The notes under the pieces: generated by a model
The model's database searches: none
The model's input: only the letters and a program-made list of their open reading frames with translations
Told to the model about the DNA's origin: nothing
Assembly: GCA_040954595.2 (NCBI GenBank)
Contig: CM082588.2
Coordinates: 5,344,202 to 5,408,201, forward strand
Length of the DNA: 64,000 bases
DNA from: Balanoglossus misakiensis
Lineage: Eukaryota; Animalia; Hemichordata
Direction: 5' to 3'
In this document: one piece after another, positions 12,985-24,200 of the stretch
How positions within the stretch are numbered: the first letter of the stretch is position 1
How the letters are laid out: each line of letters starts with the position of its first letter
Made by a program: the position numbers and the translations under genes

Positions 12985-13259
12985 CAGTGAATGGTTGGCA
13001 CAGTGGATCCTTGAAGTTGTTTTGCCACACACGATGACGTGTTGTGGCGAAGTCGAATATCGATGGAAAACGCACGCACATTGAAACCAAAGCAACTAGA
13101 CTGCCTTGAACTTGATAACTAGTGCCCGCGTTTGGTAATTTTATCAAACGATGTATATAAACAAAGTTCATTCAGTTTATATAGCTGTCCTTCATAAGTG
13201 ACCAACATGCGCATACTGTTTGCTGTATTGTTCAATTTAGTCGCTTCGTATTTTGTATA

Positions 13260-13265
13260 AATAAA
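13260..13265 (+). terminator. Candidate polyadenylation signal of GAL3ST paralog 1
   Basis: AATAAA followed by a GT/T-rich tract (tcagttgtcgttgctattttatttt); another AATAAA lies at 12956. Confidence 0.5.
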
Positions 13266-13762
13266 ACATTCTCAGTAAATTCAGTTGTCGTTGCTATTTT
13301 ATTTTATTTAAAAGCGCACTGCACTTCTTGTCAGTGCTCTGAGCACGCCATGTCTGTTGAAGCTCACCAGTTATGAATAACCCTTCCCCGAAACTTTCAT
13401 GGAAATATTCAGTGCCAAGTTTAGAAACTGTCCTTTTTGGTTTCGGCTACCGTAACGGTACCAATCTGACCATAATTACGAAGCCACCGGGTGTTAGGCC
13501 GATTCGAAAAATCTGTTTAGCTGGGCAGGAAAAGCACCGGCTCCTCCGCACCACTTGATGCAAGGCCAGGCGATTCGAACGAGTGACACACGAGCCGTCG
13601 ACGGCAATAAAGAGTTCACCACGCGTCAAAGTTCACCAGGCGAGAATCTATTAAACAACGATTGAGAGAGGCCTCGGGTCGATATATACATGTATATACG
13701 TGGCACACTGTGCTAGATTCCCAGCTAAACATCGACGAACGGCCGGAGTTTCTGTTCACACA

Positions 13763-16714
13763 ATGCAGGTATTTCTGTTACTATTTTTTGCGTGTGTTCC
13801 TTAAGTCTGGGTTTTACATGAGGAATCACGAAATTCTATTTTTTCATTAGTTGCGCATGTTACTTCAATGCCATTAGACATAGTGTCAGACTGTAGATCC
13901 TATACATGGCCGGGGATGTGACGTGGAAACGTATACAGTCTCTCTGTTGTCATGACATTAATTTGACGTTGGATAGGGGCTGTGGACACGCCAGAAATGT
14001 CATCAAAACACAAATTCTCACTCACATAAAGATTTTTATCCATACTGGTGACAAGCGAACCTGGCGAACTGGCCTCGAAAATTAAGTAATCATAACAATC
14101 TGACAAGATTGTCCCAACTTTCGATGAATAGTTACTAAATCCATAAATCACAGGGACTCGTTAACGAGAAAAATAGCCCCTTTAGACGAAGGAAATTATA
14201 TGTGTCGGCCAAAACACATTGGTGGGTGCATAGAACTATAATACAAATGTAGTTTACAGGGAAAGCATTAGAATGGGTTTCTGTTAATTGGACCAAGGCA
14301 CGAAAACAAGCTTTGGAGAGCGAAATTCTTAATTGGCAAATGTGATTTTGTTGAACGGCAAACCAAAGTATGATGTCTAACGCCAATTTTACATGTCATT
14401 TTTTTATTTCAGTTACGTGCGACCTTTCTGGCTATTTGTAGTTTCTACGTCCTGTGTATCATTCTTTATGTGTCCCACGATCGCGATTGGCTGGACGCAC
14501 TGGTGTCGACGGAATTCAAGTCGTGGTCCGGCAGTAACAGCTCAAAGAGGTAAACACAGATTTACGAGGGAAATGAAAACGGTCCTTCCTAATAATTATC
14601 TGCTCGCCTTGAAATCCACTGTACTAGGGTCAAGTCTGGCGAGTCACTTTTGGCAACGTGTCTCTCAATCTGATTAAAACCTGATCGGAACGGCGAAGTA
14701 TTTTCCTTACGCGGTACGGTATTCTAATGCTGCCGCCTCACACTACATCTGACCAACTTCCATAGAAGCTCCCGTTGAAATCTTTGGTTCCGACCCGGCC
14801 AATCAGATGTAGTGTGAGGCGACAGCATATAAGAATACCGTACCGCGTAAGTAAAAGATGTCGCCGTTCCCTAAATTTTGTTTTAATCAGATTGCGTTTC
14901 TCTGAGACGGGCCACGGGGTAGCTGAGGCCACTGTCCAATGATTAACAACAGTAAGCATTCACATAGTTCGTTAAAAATAATTGCCTCAAGCCGAGACTC
15001 TATCCTTTTACAAAATGTTTCGTATTACACTATTCTGGAGTCAACCATAACGTTCGGTGCCGCCATAAAACATTCTCGCCCCACCAGACTACGGATTTCT
15101 TTCGTTTCACTATCGAAAAGGGCCGTGGTTTGCGACGATGCCATAAAATTGTTGTATCGCTTGCAAGAACTCGCAATCTGAAACTGACGCCTGTGGTGGC
15201 GCACTTCAAGCCAATCCACGCTAACACCAAGCTGTGCACACTTCAGATTTCCCCAGAATTTTTCTCAAATGACTGAGAAAAATTGCGAGTCCAGACATGT
15301 TATCGCCTTATGAGTGAACGCTTTGGTCAACACACCTATTTTCCTCCAAAGAACACCTTATTTCCTTGTGCGCCATAACTTATAATATGCACATAGGAAA
15401 ATTGGCCTGATGTTAAAATACTTGTACATCATCACTTATATACATATAGTGCAATTTGTGTGATGTAAATGAATGTAACCCGTTATTCATATGTAAACGC
15501 CAAAAATTGTGTATTTGTATTGACCTTCTTTAGTCGTTTGTCTATGAAAAGGTGTTTTTTGTCTTCCTCTATATTTCTTACCTACCAGAGTCTCTTCACT
15601 GTTGTCCGACATATTTCACCTGCCTGGAGAACGTTCGTGTACACCAACGACCAACATAGTTTACGTCAAGACTCACAAATCTGGCAGCACGACCCTGGCG
15701 ACTATTCTGTACCGCTTCGGTTACCACAGGAACCTGTCGTTCGTGTTCACCTTCCGACAGCCGCACGGCCACTTCCGGCAGGCGCCGATAACGCCGCAGT
15801 CGATTAAGGAGCTGTACCCGCCAGTGGGCGTCCCGTACGGCGAGTACGGAGATTACAAGTTCAACATTTCCGCCGGTCACCTGATTTACCACAATCACAG
15901 CACGTTCGACTTCTTGATCCCGGGGCGACCGAGGTACATAACCATCCTCCGGGAACCGGTCAAGCAGTTCGCCTCTTTCTTCGACTTCTTCAAGTTCCCG
16001 CGCAGGTACATCGGCATGCGCGCTAGTAGAAAACTGAATCTTTCGTCAGAGGTCCCCTTCGCGCACCTGGCGGAGTTTCTCGAACACCCGCGGAATTACG
16101 GGATACCCCCGGGGCGCCGGAATCGCAGCGTCTACATCACGAACAGAAACCCGCAGTTCTTCGACCTCGGCCTGCAGCTGCAGGACATGGACAACACCGG
16201 TTACATCAGCGACTTGATACCCCGGATCGAGGAGGACTTCGATCTCGTGCTGATCACTGAACACCTGGACGAGTCGCTCATAGTCCTGAAGAAACAGTTC
16301 TGCTGGGAGATGGACGACATTCTCTATTTCAGGATGAACATCGTGCACACCAGTCCGATAAAGTTACCGGACAGTCTAGCGAAGAAGATACGGGAGTGGA
16401 ACCGCGCCGACGTGTCACTGTACGAACACTTCAATCGAACCCTGTGGAGAAAGGTGGACGAGTACGGACCTACATTCCAAGCAGATCTCGCGAGATTCAA
16501 GAGACGCCTGGAAGACCTCCACACGGACTGCATAGCAGGGGTGGGACTGAATCGCCTGTCCCGATATGAGAACATACTCAAGCCCAACGCTTCCGCTCTA
16601 TGCCAAGAAGTCAACAGGAATTTATTTGCATATTTCACACTAATAGCCAGAAAGCAGAAAGTACCACCAGATGCCAAAGAAATACTGAAAGGTCAACGTA
16701 ACAGCACATCTTGA
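13763..16714 (+). CDS. Galactose-3-O-sulfotransferase (GAL3ST family) paralog 2, spliced, ~422 aa
   Basis: Exons 13763-13768 (ATGCAG|gtattt), 14413-14549 and 15589-16714; 1269 nt in frame. Motifs VYVKTHKSGSTT, ITILREPVKQFASFF, RNPQFFDLG, WNRADVSLYEHFNRTLW. Confidence 0.87.
14413..14549 (+). CDS. GAL3ST paralog 2, signal-anchor exon
   Basis: tttcag|TTA...AG|gtaaac; encodes LRATFLAICSFYVLCIILYVSHDRDW...; phase 0 to 2. Confidence 0.8.
14666..14894. mobile_element. 229-bp member of the 9-bp-TSD MITE family (inverted dimer form)
   Basis: Ends CAATCTGATTAAAAC / TTTTAATCAGATTG; ~87-bp complementary arms; flanks CGTGTCTCT (14657-14665) and CGTTTCTCT (14895-14903) form a 9-bp TSD with 1 mismatch. 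Confidence 0.85.
15589..16714 (+). CDS. GAL3ST paralog 2, catalytic exon
   Basis: Acceptor tttcttacctaccag|A; in frame with ORF 15602..16714. Confidence 0.93.
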
Positions 16715-17551
16715 ACCATCTTTTTCCTCAAGCGCATTTCGCACAATGTTAAAGTTGTCTCTAAAATTACCCACCAGATTTCCGCTAGACTTATACTCCC
16801 CAGTTTTTGTCTAACATTGCGGCAGTTTTTACTAATTATTAATTTTACTCAGTGAACATAGGTGTTCATAGTTTTCGCAGATTTTCTTCTTTTTTTAAGA
16901 ATATCTATATTATCTCAAAAAGTCCATTTCGCTTCATATAACCAGAAGTATATAAGAGAATATCAGTGGTTTATATTTTTTGGCGAAAAGTCCATAAACT
17001 TATGTAATTTAGGCGTTTATATACTTTTCCTACAATTTACTGTTTTTATGAAATTGTACTCACTTCGTAATTTTATAATAAAAGACTCCCAAACGAAGGT
17101 AGTATGGGTTTATTCCATACGGCACATTATAATATATTATGCATCAAATGCTATCGCACATGATTATTTCAACGGTGATCATGTCTTTGTACATCTAACC
17201 ACGCAGGAGACATTGATCTAAAACGTGCGTTGTACGCTGTCACACTTGTCAGTACAGCCGTGCGATACAGGAGGACCGCTGCATATGCATGGCGTGGCTA
17301 GCGCATACTTCGCCGAGCGCCACCGACGCAAGACCATGTTTCCAATGAGGCTTTCTTGCCAATACTTGGTGCATGGTGGCGTTCTTTTTAAGGGCTTGGA
17401 TCAGTATACCTCCTCGTCAACATTGAACCCTGGGGCGCCACCGGACCCTATGATTGCAAGAGAATCGGCGGACACGGATTCGTACAAAGACCATGAACCA
17501 CTGAATTCGACAGAATTTTGTTTGTGGAAGATCCTAAGTCTATTCCGCGGG

Positions 17552-20513
17552 ATGAAGGTAAGCTATTTCTCGTGCTAGAGTTTGTATTCTTCAGTCGTTT
17601 TTGACGAGGCGGTTGGTCCACGTTTCACACGACTGATGGATGTCCTGGATTCTATGGCCAGCCGTAGCCTACACTAGATTGAAACGAGTATGTCTGATTC
17701 AAAGCTTGCGATTGTCAACAATGAGTTTGCAAGACTTGACTTTAAATCAAACAAAGGTAACAAAACTCAAAGAAGATCACAGCAGGACAGCCGAGTTTGA
17801 AAATTATAAGGCAGTTTTGAGCGTTTACACAACAACAATCCTGTCCGTCAAAGAGACACAAAACATAAACTGGTGATTTGAAACATGATATTTATATGTC
17901 GCTGGCTACATTTTATAAAATTCTCAAAGATTTGACGCTATTTGGAAAATTTGGGTCCTTTGTGATAGTTATCTGATGTTGCTCCGCAGGCCAATAACAC
18001 CCAGATGTAACTTAACTGTGTCGAGTCTACTCTCATACGGCTTAAACTGCCAAATCCTTCGGATACACAGTTTTGCTTTTAAGTTTGATACCAGAAACAG
18101 TCAGGGAAGAGAATTGACATATTTTCTCGCTCGCAGAGTCTGCGTTGTGACAGATAATGTTTAGCGTCGGGTCTCTAAGTGATGAAAGAGAGATGGAGGG
18201 GACAGGGGAGAGGCAGATAGAGAAAGACAGAAGACAGAATTCCATGTAAAACAATTTCGTGTACTGGAAATCATCGGATTTCACCCTTTCTGCCCCTATA
18301 CTTCCCAGACAAATGCTCTGTTTTATTTCAGAAGCGAGTGCATCTGATGGCCCTGTGTGGCATTTGCGTATGCTGTACCATAATATATCTGGTTAACACT
18401 TCTTCAACGGAATGGCTGAATAGACCGACACCGGCCAGATTTGCGTGGTCGTCTCTCGCGAACACCTCAGCAGGGTAAGCGAAGTAGTGTATTACTGTAG
18501 TCTGGGCAAAATGGAGATCTTGCGTATCTTCCTTTAAGTGTACAACTCTTGTTATGACATGGACGAAAACGCAGGAGACCTTATCCGGGCCCCAAGTGCT
18601 TCGTGGCACAGAGTACTGGTGACCTTCTACGTGGTAGTTTCATGTGATGACAAGAGAATGAGCAGCGTCAGTAGTTAAAGGCACGTAAGCTGCAACTGGA
18701 TAAAAAATTAAAGTTTTAAATAATCTCATATATGCTTTTAATTATGTCTATTAAATGATCTTTCATGATAATATATCAAGCTCAACACTTATTTATGACA
18801 AAATGGCCAAAAATTAAAGAAAAACGAAAATTCCTGCAATTTTAAAAAAAGTGCAATATTGCAATGAAAAATGAAATTCTGATGTCTCAGTGGTGTACAT
18901 TTAGTTCCATGAGCTCAAGTGGATGAGATCATGTTTTGTTTATGAAGTTCCACAACCGGAAATGTAACATTTTCATTGTTTCTTGCATTTTCCCACGGTG
19001 GCGGCCATAATCGCTTGCGGCAAAGCTTTATTATTTATCTGGTTAAAACTTGCATATGCACTCATATTTAGGGTTTATAATGCTTGTGTATAGTTCACTG
19101 CCTTCATCTGCATGGACTAATGGTAGTTCAGTTTGAAACAAAAATTATGAAAATTATCCCAAAAGTTACAGCTTACGTGCCTTTAAGGGATTTCATATTG
19201 AACTATAGCAGCTGCATGTGTAGTGAACATATTCAGTTCATATATGTTTTTTTACGATTTCTACGATAGAATTTTATAGCTGATGGTGCACACTGCTTCG
19301 TTCGGCGCAGACGGACGGCGTTCATTTCGTGTCTTTCGTCTCTTGCAGAATTTCCTCATTGTTGGCTGCCTCACTACGGTTCTCAAAAGAAAGTTCGTGT
19401 GAACCCACCAAAAATATAGTTTACATCAAGACCCACAAAACCGGAAGCACGACATTGGCCACCATCTTGTACCGCTTCGGTTACCGCAGAGACCTGTCGT
19501 TCTTGTTCAGCTCAAAGCAGAGGTTCGGTCACTTCAGACACGAGCCGCTGACCGCGCACTCTCTCCCGGAGTTGTATCCGCCGATAGGGGTTCACTACGG
19601 AGACTACGCGAACTACAAGTTCAACATTTCAGCTGGTCACGTTATATACGACCGCGCTATATTTGATTTGACGATGAGTGAGAACTCGAAGTACGTCACA
19701 ATACTCCGCGAACCCGTCAAGCAATTCGTGTCTTACTTCAGCTTTTTCGGTTTAAGAGATCGATATATGAACAATATTACCATTACATCAGACGATCACT
19801 TCGCGTACTTGGCAGAATTCCTCGCCAACCCATCAAAATATGCCAAGTCGAGCAAAAACGACGCTTACTGCAGGACGCGACAAAACCCCCAATTTTTCGA
19901 CCTTGGTCTGCCGATAGACCAGATGGAGAACGGAGCTTATGTCAATCAGTCAATATCCCGGATAGACAGAGATTTCGACCTGGTCCTCTTAACAGAGTAC
20001 CTGGACGAATCGCTGATACTCTTGAAGAAGCGGTTTTGCTGGGAACTGGACGATATTGTGTATTTCAAGATGAATATACGGAACAGTAGCGTTAAGGTCG
20101 AGGTGCCGAGGGAGCTAGCAAGCAAGGTCAGAGACTGGAACCGCGCGGACGTGGCCTTGTACGAACACTTCAACCGAAGCCTGTGGAAGCAAATAGACGA
20201 GTATGGTCCTGATTTTCCGAAGGACCTAGCAGAACTTAGGACGCGCCTGGAAGGTCTGAAAAGCGACTGTATTCAGGGACAACAGGTGTTGTTGAACTCT
20301 CAAATCACGAACCTTCTGAAAGAGGACGCCTCGGCATTCTGCCAAGACGTGAACAGGAGGATATTTTCGTGGTTCCGCTCCATAACAAAAAGACAAAATC
20401 TACCGGAGAGCGCTGATGTTCACTTCTCGCTTGTCGGGAACCATGTCCAGCCGAACGCAACATTGAAAATCAACGAAAGCAATCATACAACGTCGTCTGA
20501 CCGTGACAATTGA
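17552..20513 (+). CDS. Galactose-3-O-sulfotransferase (GAL3ST family) paralog 3, spliced, ~437 aa
   Basis: Exons 17552-17557 (ATGAAG|gtaagc), 18332-18474 and 19349-20513; 1314 nt in frame. Motifs VYIKTHKTGSTT, VTILREPVKQFVSYF, QNPQFFDLG, WNRADVALYEHFNRSLW. Confidence 0.87.
18332..18474 (+). CDS. GAL3ST paralog 3, signal-anchor exon
   Basis: tttcag|AAG...GG|gtaagc; encodes KRVHLMALCGICVCCTIIYLVNTSSTEW...; 143 nt, the same size as in paralog 1. Confidence 0.8.
18679..19182. mobile_element. 504-bp non-autonomous DNA transposon, TTAA TSD (Kolobok-like)
   Basis: TTAA|AGGCACGTAAGCTGCAACT ... AGTTACAGCTTACGTGCCT|TTAA (19-bp TIR, 18/19 match); AT-rich interior with no credible ORF; lies in intron 2 of paralog 3. 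Confidence 0.85.
19349..20513 (+). CDS. GAL3ST paralog 3, catalytic exon
   Basis: Acceptor tctttcgtctcttgcag|A; corresponds to ORF 19329..20513. Confidence 0.93.
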
Positions 20514-21014
20514 AAAAAGTACGATGGTATTATTCCAAGGCTATATACACGTACATGTACTTGCATTATTTTGCGCGAATTTTCATTTATTCCGTGGTCT
20601 GAAAATTATCGATGATAATTTTCAGTTCTCTCTGGCACTCTCTATGTTTACTGTTTACACACCTGTGACAAAATGGATTTCCACAGGAAATTATCCTAAA
20701 TAGTCAATACCGTCGATCTATATAAACGCAAAACCATGACAATGTTGGCGGTTACTGTGAAGTGGAAAGAGACTCCATATTTATACACATTAATGTTTTT
20801 TATATTATTTTGAACATGTTATGACATCATGATATTAGATTAATTTTAGTAACCAGTGGTTTGGCACGTTTTATGCTTTGTAAGGATTCAACTATGACTT
20901 AATACAATCGTAGAACTTTTTATACCAGTCTGTTGTAAGCCTCCTTATTGGGATTTCAGTCTTTGTCATGTCACTCGCCTCTTTTGATGACTCTGGTCTC
21001 AGTATCTACTAGCA

Positions 21015-21283
21015 CTATTGGTGGGCTGGCTTAGAAATCGGCGCGGCAGTCGCAATCACGGGCAGCGAGTACTGTTGGCCTCCTCCGCGGGCAGTCACGC
21101 TGCCGCCGGTCTTGGCGTACGACTTCGACGTTGGCAAGACTTTGGGCTTGTGGACGAGGACGGATCGCTGTGTTCTGATTGGCTGGTAGTACGTCGGTCT
21201 TGCGCTTTGCGTCGCTTTCACCGCCGTGGAGCGAGCTGGTCGCGGCACTCCATAGTACATTCCCAGTCGCTGAACGTATGTGT
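21015..21283 (-). CDS. HUNK-like kinase exon 7 (terminal)
   Basis: Acceptor ttttctccacacag|AC, phase 1; encodes (D)[18 protein letters not shown]...KPAHQ*. Confidence 0.75.
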
Positions 21284-24200
21284 CTGTGTGGAGAAAACAG
21301 AGCAAACGAAACGATATATGACTGCAAGCTAATATATTTTTTCCGTTTACATTATTTAGTATTAATGAAATAAATGACATCTATCGAAAGCCTTCATCAC
21401 TCACCGCTCATTCGATTCGCCTTCAGTGCTGGACCACCAACGTTGCTAGTTCTGGCGAATCTGTTGTACTGCGACGCAAGATTCTGCGCAACCGGTCTTG
21501 GTTTTTGCTTGTCTCGAATATCATTGCCTTTCTCGTAAAATCTTTCGTCTTTGATTTGTCCGTTCACAATAAAGATGCAGCCGTTCCTGTTTTTCATGGA
21601 CGCGTCTCCTTTGGTCCTCGCGCCTGCGTCGTGCGCGGCGAGAAATGTGTTCGAGCGCCGCACCGCTTCGATGGGCGTCACCGGCAAAGGCGAATCGTCG
21701 CCGGTCCTGTTTATTGCTATGTCTATCTCTTTCCACAGGTCATCAGGGTAATTGTCATCGCTCAAGCTTATTCTCCCGTAGCACTCCGTTTCAAGTTCCT
21801 CGCCGCCTGCCTGCGTCTCGCCATCTGCGCATGACGTCATAAATGTCGTCGAAGCTCCGTCACGATTAGCGCACGCCTGCTCGCCTTGCTCTGTTTTCAA
21901 ACTTCGAGTGACCTTTGCACTTTCGGGCGAACCTTTGGATTTATCGTCCGCGTGGCACTTATTTTCTGAAGTCTTTCCCCCCGGCAAATCGACCTGAATG
22001 TAGTACATCCCCTCGGGGTCGTGTTGCCTGGGCAACAGGTTGCTCATCACGGAACCGGCAACGTCATCCGGTTCCGTTTTCTGCGACAATCCCATGTTCT
22101 TAGTCATGTCCTCGATAACTTCTTCTTTGGTCGGGGTTTGGACGTACCTCCGCGGTTGTTTCTCGGACTGCGCCCGAGCGACTTTCCGGGCGAAAGCGAC
22201 GTCCCTCAACCCCTTAGTCCTGTCGTAATAGTTCCGCTTCTTGCTGACGTTCTTCAGGTATCCCTTGCGCACCACGCTCCACTTGCTGCAGTCCATGGTC
22301 GAGCGCAGCGTGGATGTGTTGGACACCGTCGACGACACGGTGTCCTCCTCGGAGACATTGGCCGCCTCTGCGTCCGGGTAGCCGTACCCGCTGAGCAACC
22401 GCTTCATCATCAGCTGGTAGGTCGCCCGGCTGGCCACGGGCTTGTTCTCCACGACCGACGCCACCACGGCGGCCGGGTCGAACCCGTGGTCCACCATCTT
22501 GTCCAGGATGGCCCGGTCGAGCTGGCCGTCCCTCGGCTTGTTGGGAAACTTGGACGGGAAGAGCTTGCACGAGTAGCCGCGGTTCATCCACGGGTGTTTC
22601 ATGATCTCGCGGACTTTGATGCGCAGGCTCTCGTTCGGCTCCAACATTCTGCCCAACAAGTCCTTGCAGTCTGCACAGAAACAAAAACACGCCGCATAGG
22701 ACCCAAGTGAACGCCTGACAAACTACAGTCAAACCTGTCTATAGTGGCCAGTCAAGGGAACTTCCTAAACTGACCTTTAAAGACAGGTGGCCTTTATATA
22801 CAAGTCAATCAATGCACACGTAAATTGCACAGGGACTGTAACATAGTGGTCCCCATATAGATATGACCACTTCATACAGGTGGCCACTAACACAGGTTTG
22901 ACTGTAACTCAAGCAAACGGCACACATGCTTTCTGTGGCCAGCAATCAAGACAGCACCCCGGTCACACTTTTCTCTTACCCTTTGAAAGTGTGGTTGGAA
23001 TGAAGCATCCCTGTAAAATCTTCTTCTGTAATTTGAACATGTTGGTTGGCGGATCCACTTTGAAGGGCAATTCGCCGGTCACCATCGCGTACATGTTGAC
23101 ACCCCTGTAAGGGAAAACAAAACCACGTCAGATGACCTTAGTGTTTCGGGTCACTGTAAAATATACACATCCTGGGGCCTGCTTTAGGTTGACTAAAATC
23201 CCATCTTTATTTGGGTTGACAATGATTCATGCACTTACATGCTCCAGACATCAACGGCGGGACCGTATGCAACGTTGCAGAAAATCTCCGGTGCGGCGTA
23301 CGCCGGCGACCCGCACTGCGTTTGTAGCAAGCCGTCCATTCCCAGCACATTGCTTAAACCAAAATCTGAAAATAAAAATAAAAATCCACGATGAAATATT
23401 CTAACAATAAACGTCCGTGCGTGAATAATGAAAATGCATGTATAGCCATTAAATTTTACATGCTACGTACATAAATTAAACAGCCTTACCTATTATTTTC
23501 AGGTTGTAATCTTTATCCAACAGCAAGTTTTCAATCTTTATATCCCTAAAAGGAATTAAAATGAAGACGTGAATAAACCACTGCGTACACAGATTTGTGT
23601 CTGTATCTTTGTGATCCCTTCTCTGTACGGAAGGTCAACATTTCTTTCGAAAGGCCAGGTCCGCCAGGGTAATTACTAGTAATCGATACACTACTAGTAT
23701 ATATACTCATAATCCCACATAACGGTCAAGAAATGATGCCATGCACATCCAAATTTCCACGTATAAATTCAGATTCGTTTTCAAATCCTGACCTGTGTAT
23801 GATATCCGCTTGGTGCATGTGATCCACCGCGGACAACATCTGCCTCATGAATCTTCTCGTTTCCCGCTCCGTAAGCTTCCGCTTGTCGCACAGGTAGCTC
23901 ATGAACTCGTCGCCGTCCGCCAGCTCCAACACCAGGTAGTAGTTGTTGGGCGTCTCCAGGACCTCGTAGAGTTGCACGATGTTGGGGTGGTTCAGACGCT
24001 GCAACATGGCCGCTTCCCGCCGCAGGTTCCTACGCACGTACTCGCGTTTTTCGACCACCTTCTTGTCGATGACTTTGATCGCAACCTGCAGAAAGCCAGG
24101 GGGAACAGTTTGGGAGTACATGAGAAACAAAAGCCACAGACTTGTAAACAGTTGAGGGCGCTTCTGACGCAGTTGGTTTTAAATACTGCTTTGGCCACTT

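Noticed and set aside
22021-22732. 229-aa plus-strand and 172-aa alternative-frame ORFs over kinase exon 6 (and similar ones over GAL3ST-2 and SASH1 exons)
   Set aside because: These are shadow ORFs caused by high GC3 codon bias, with no recognisable motifs.
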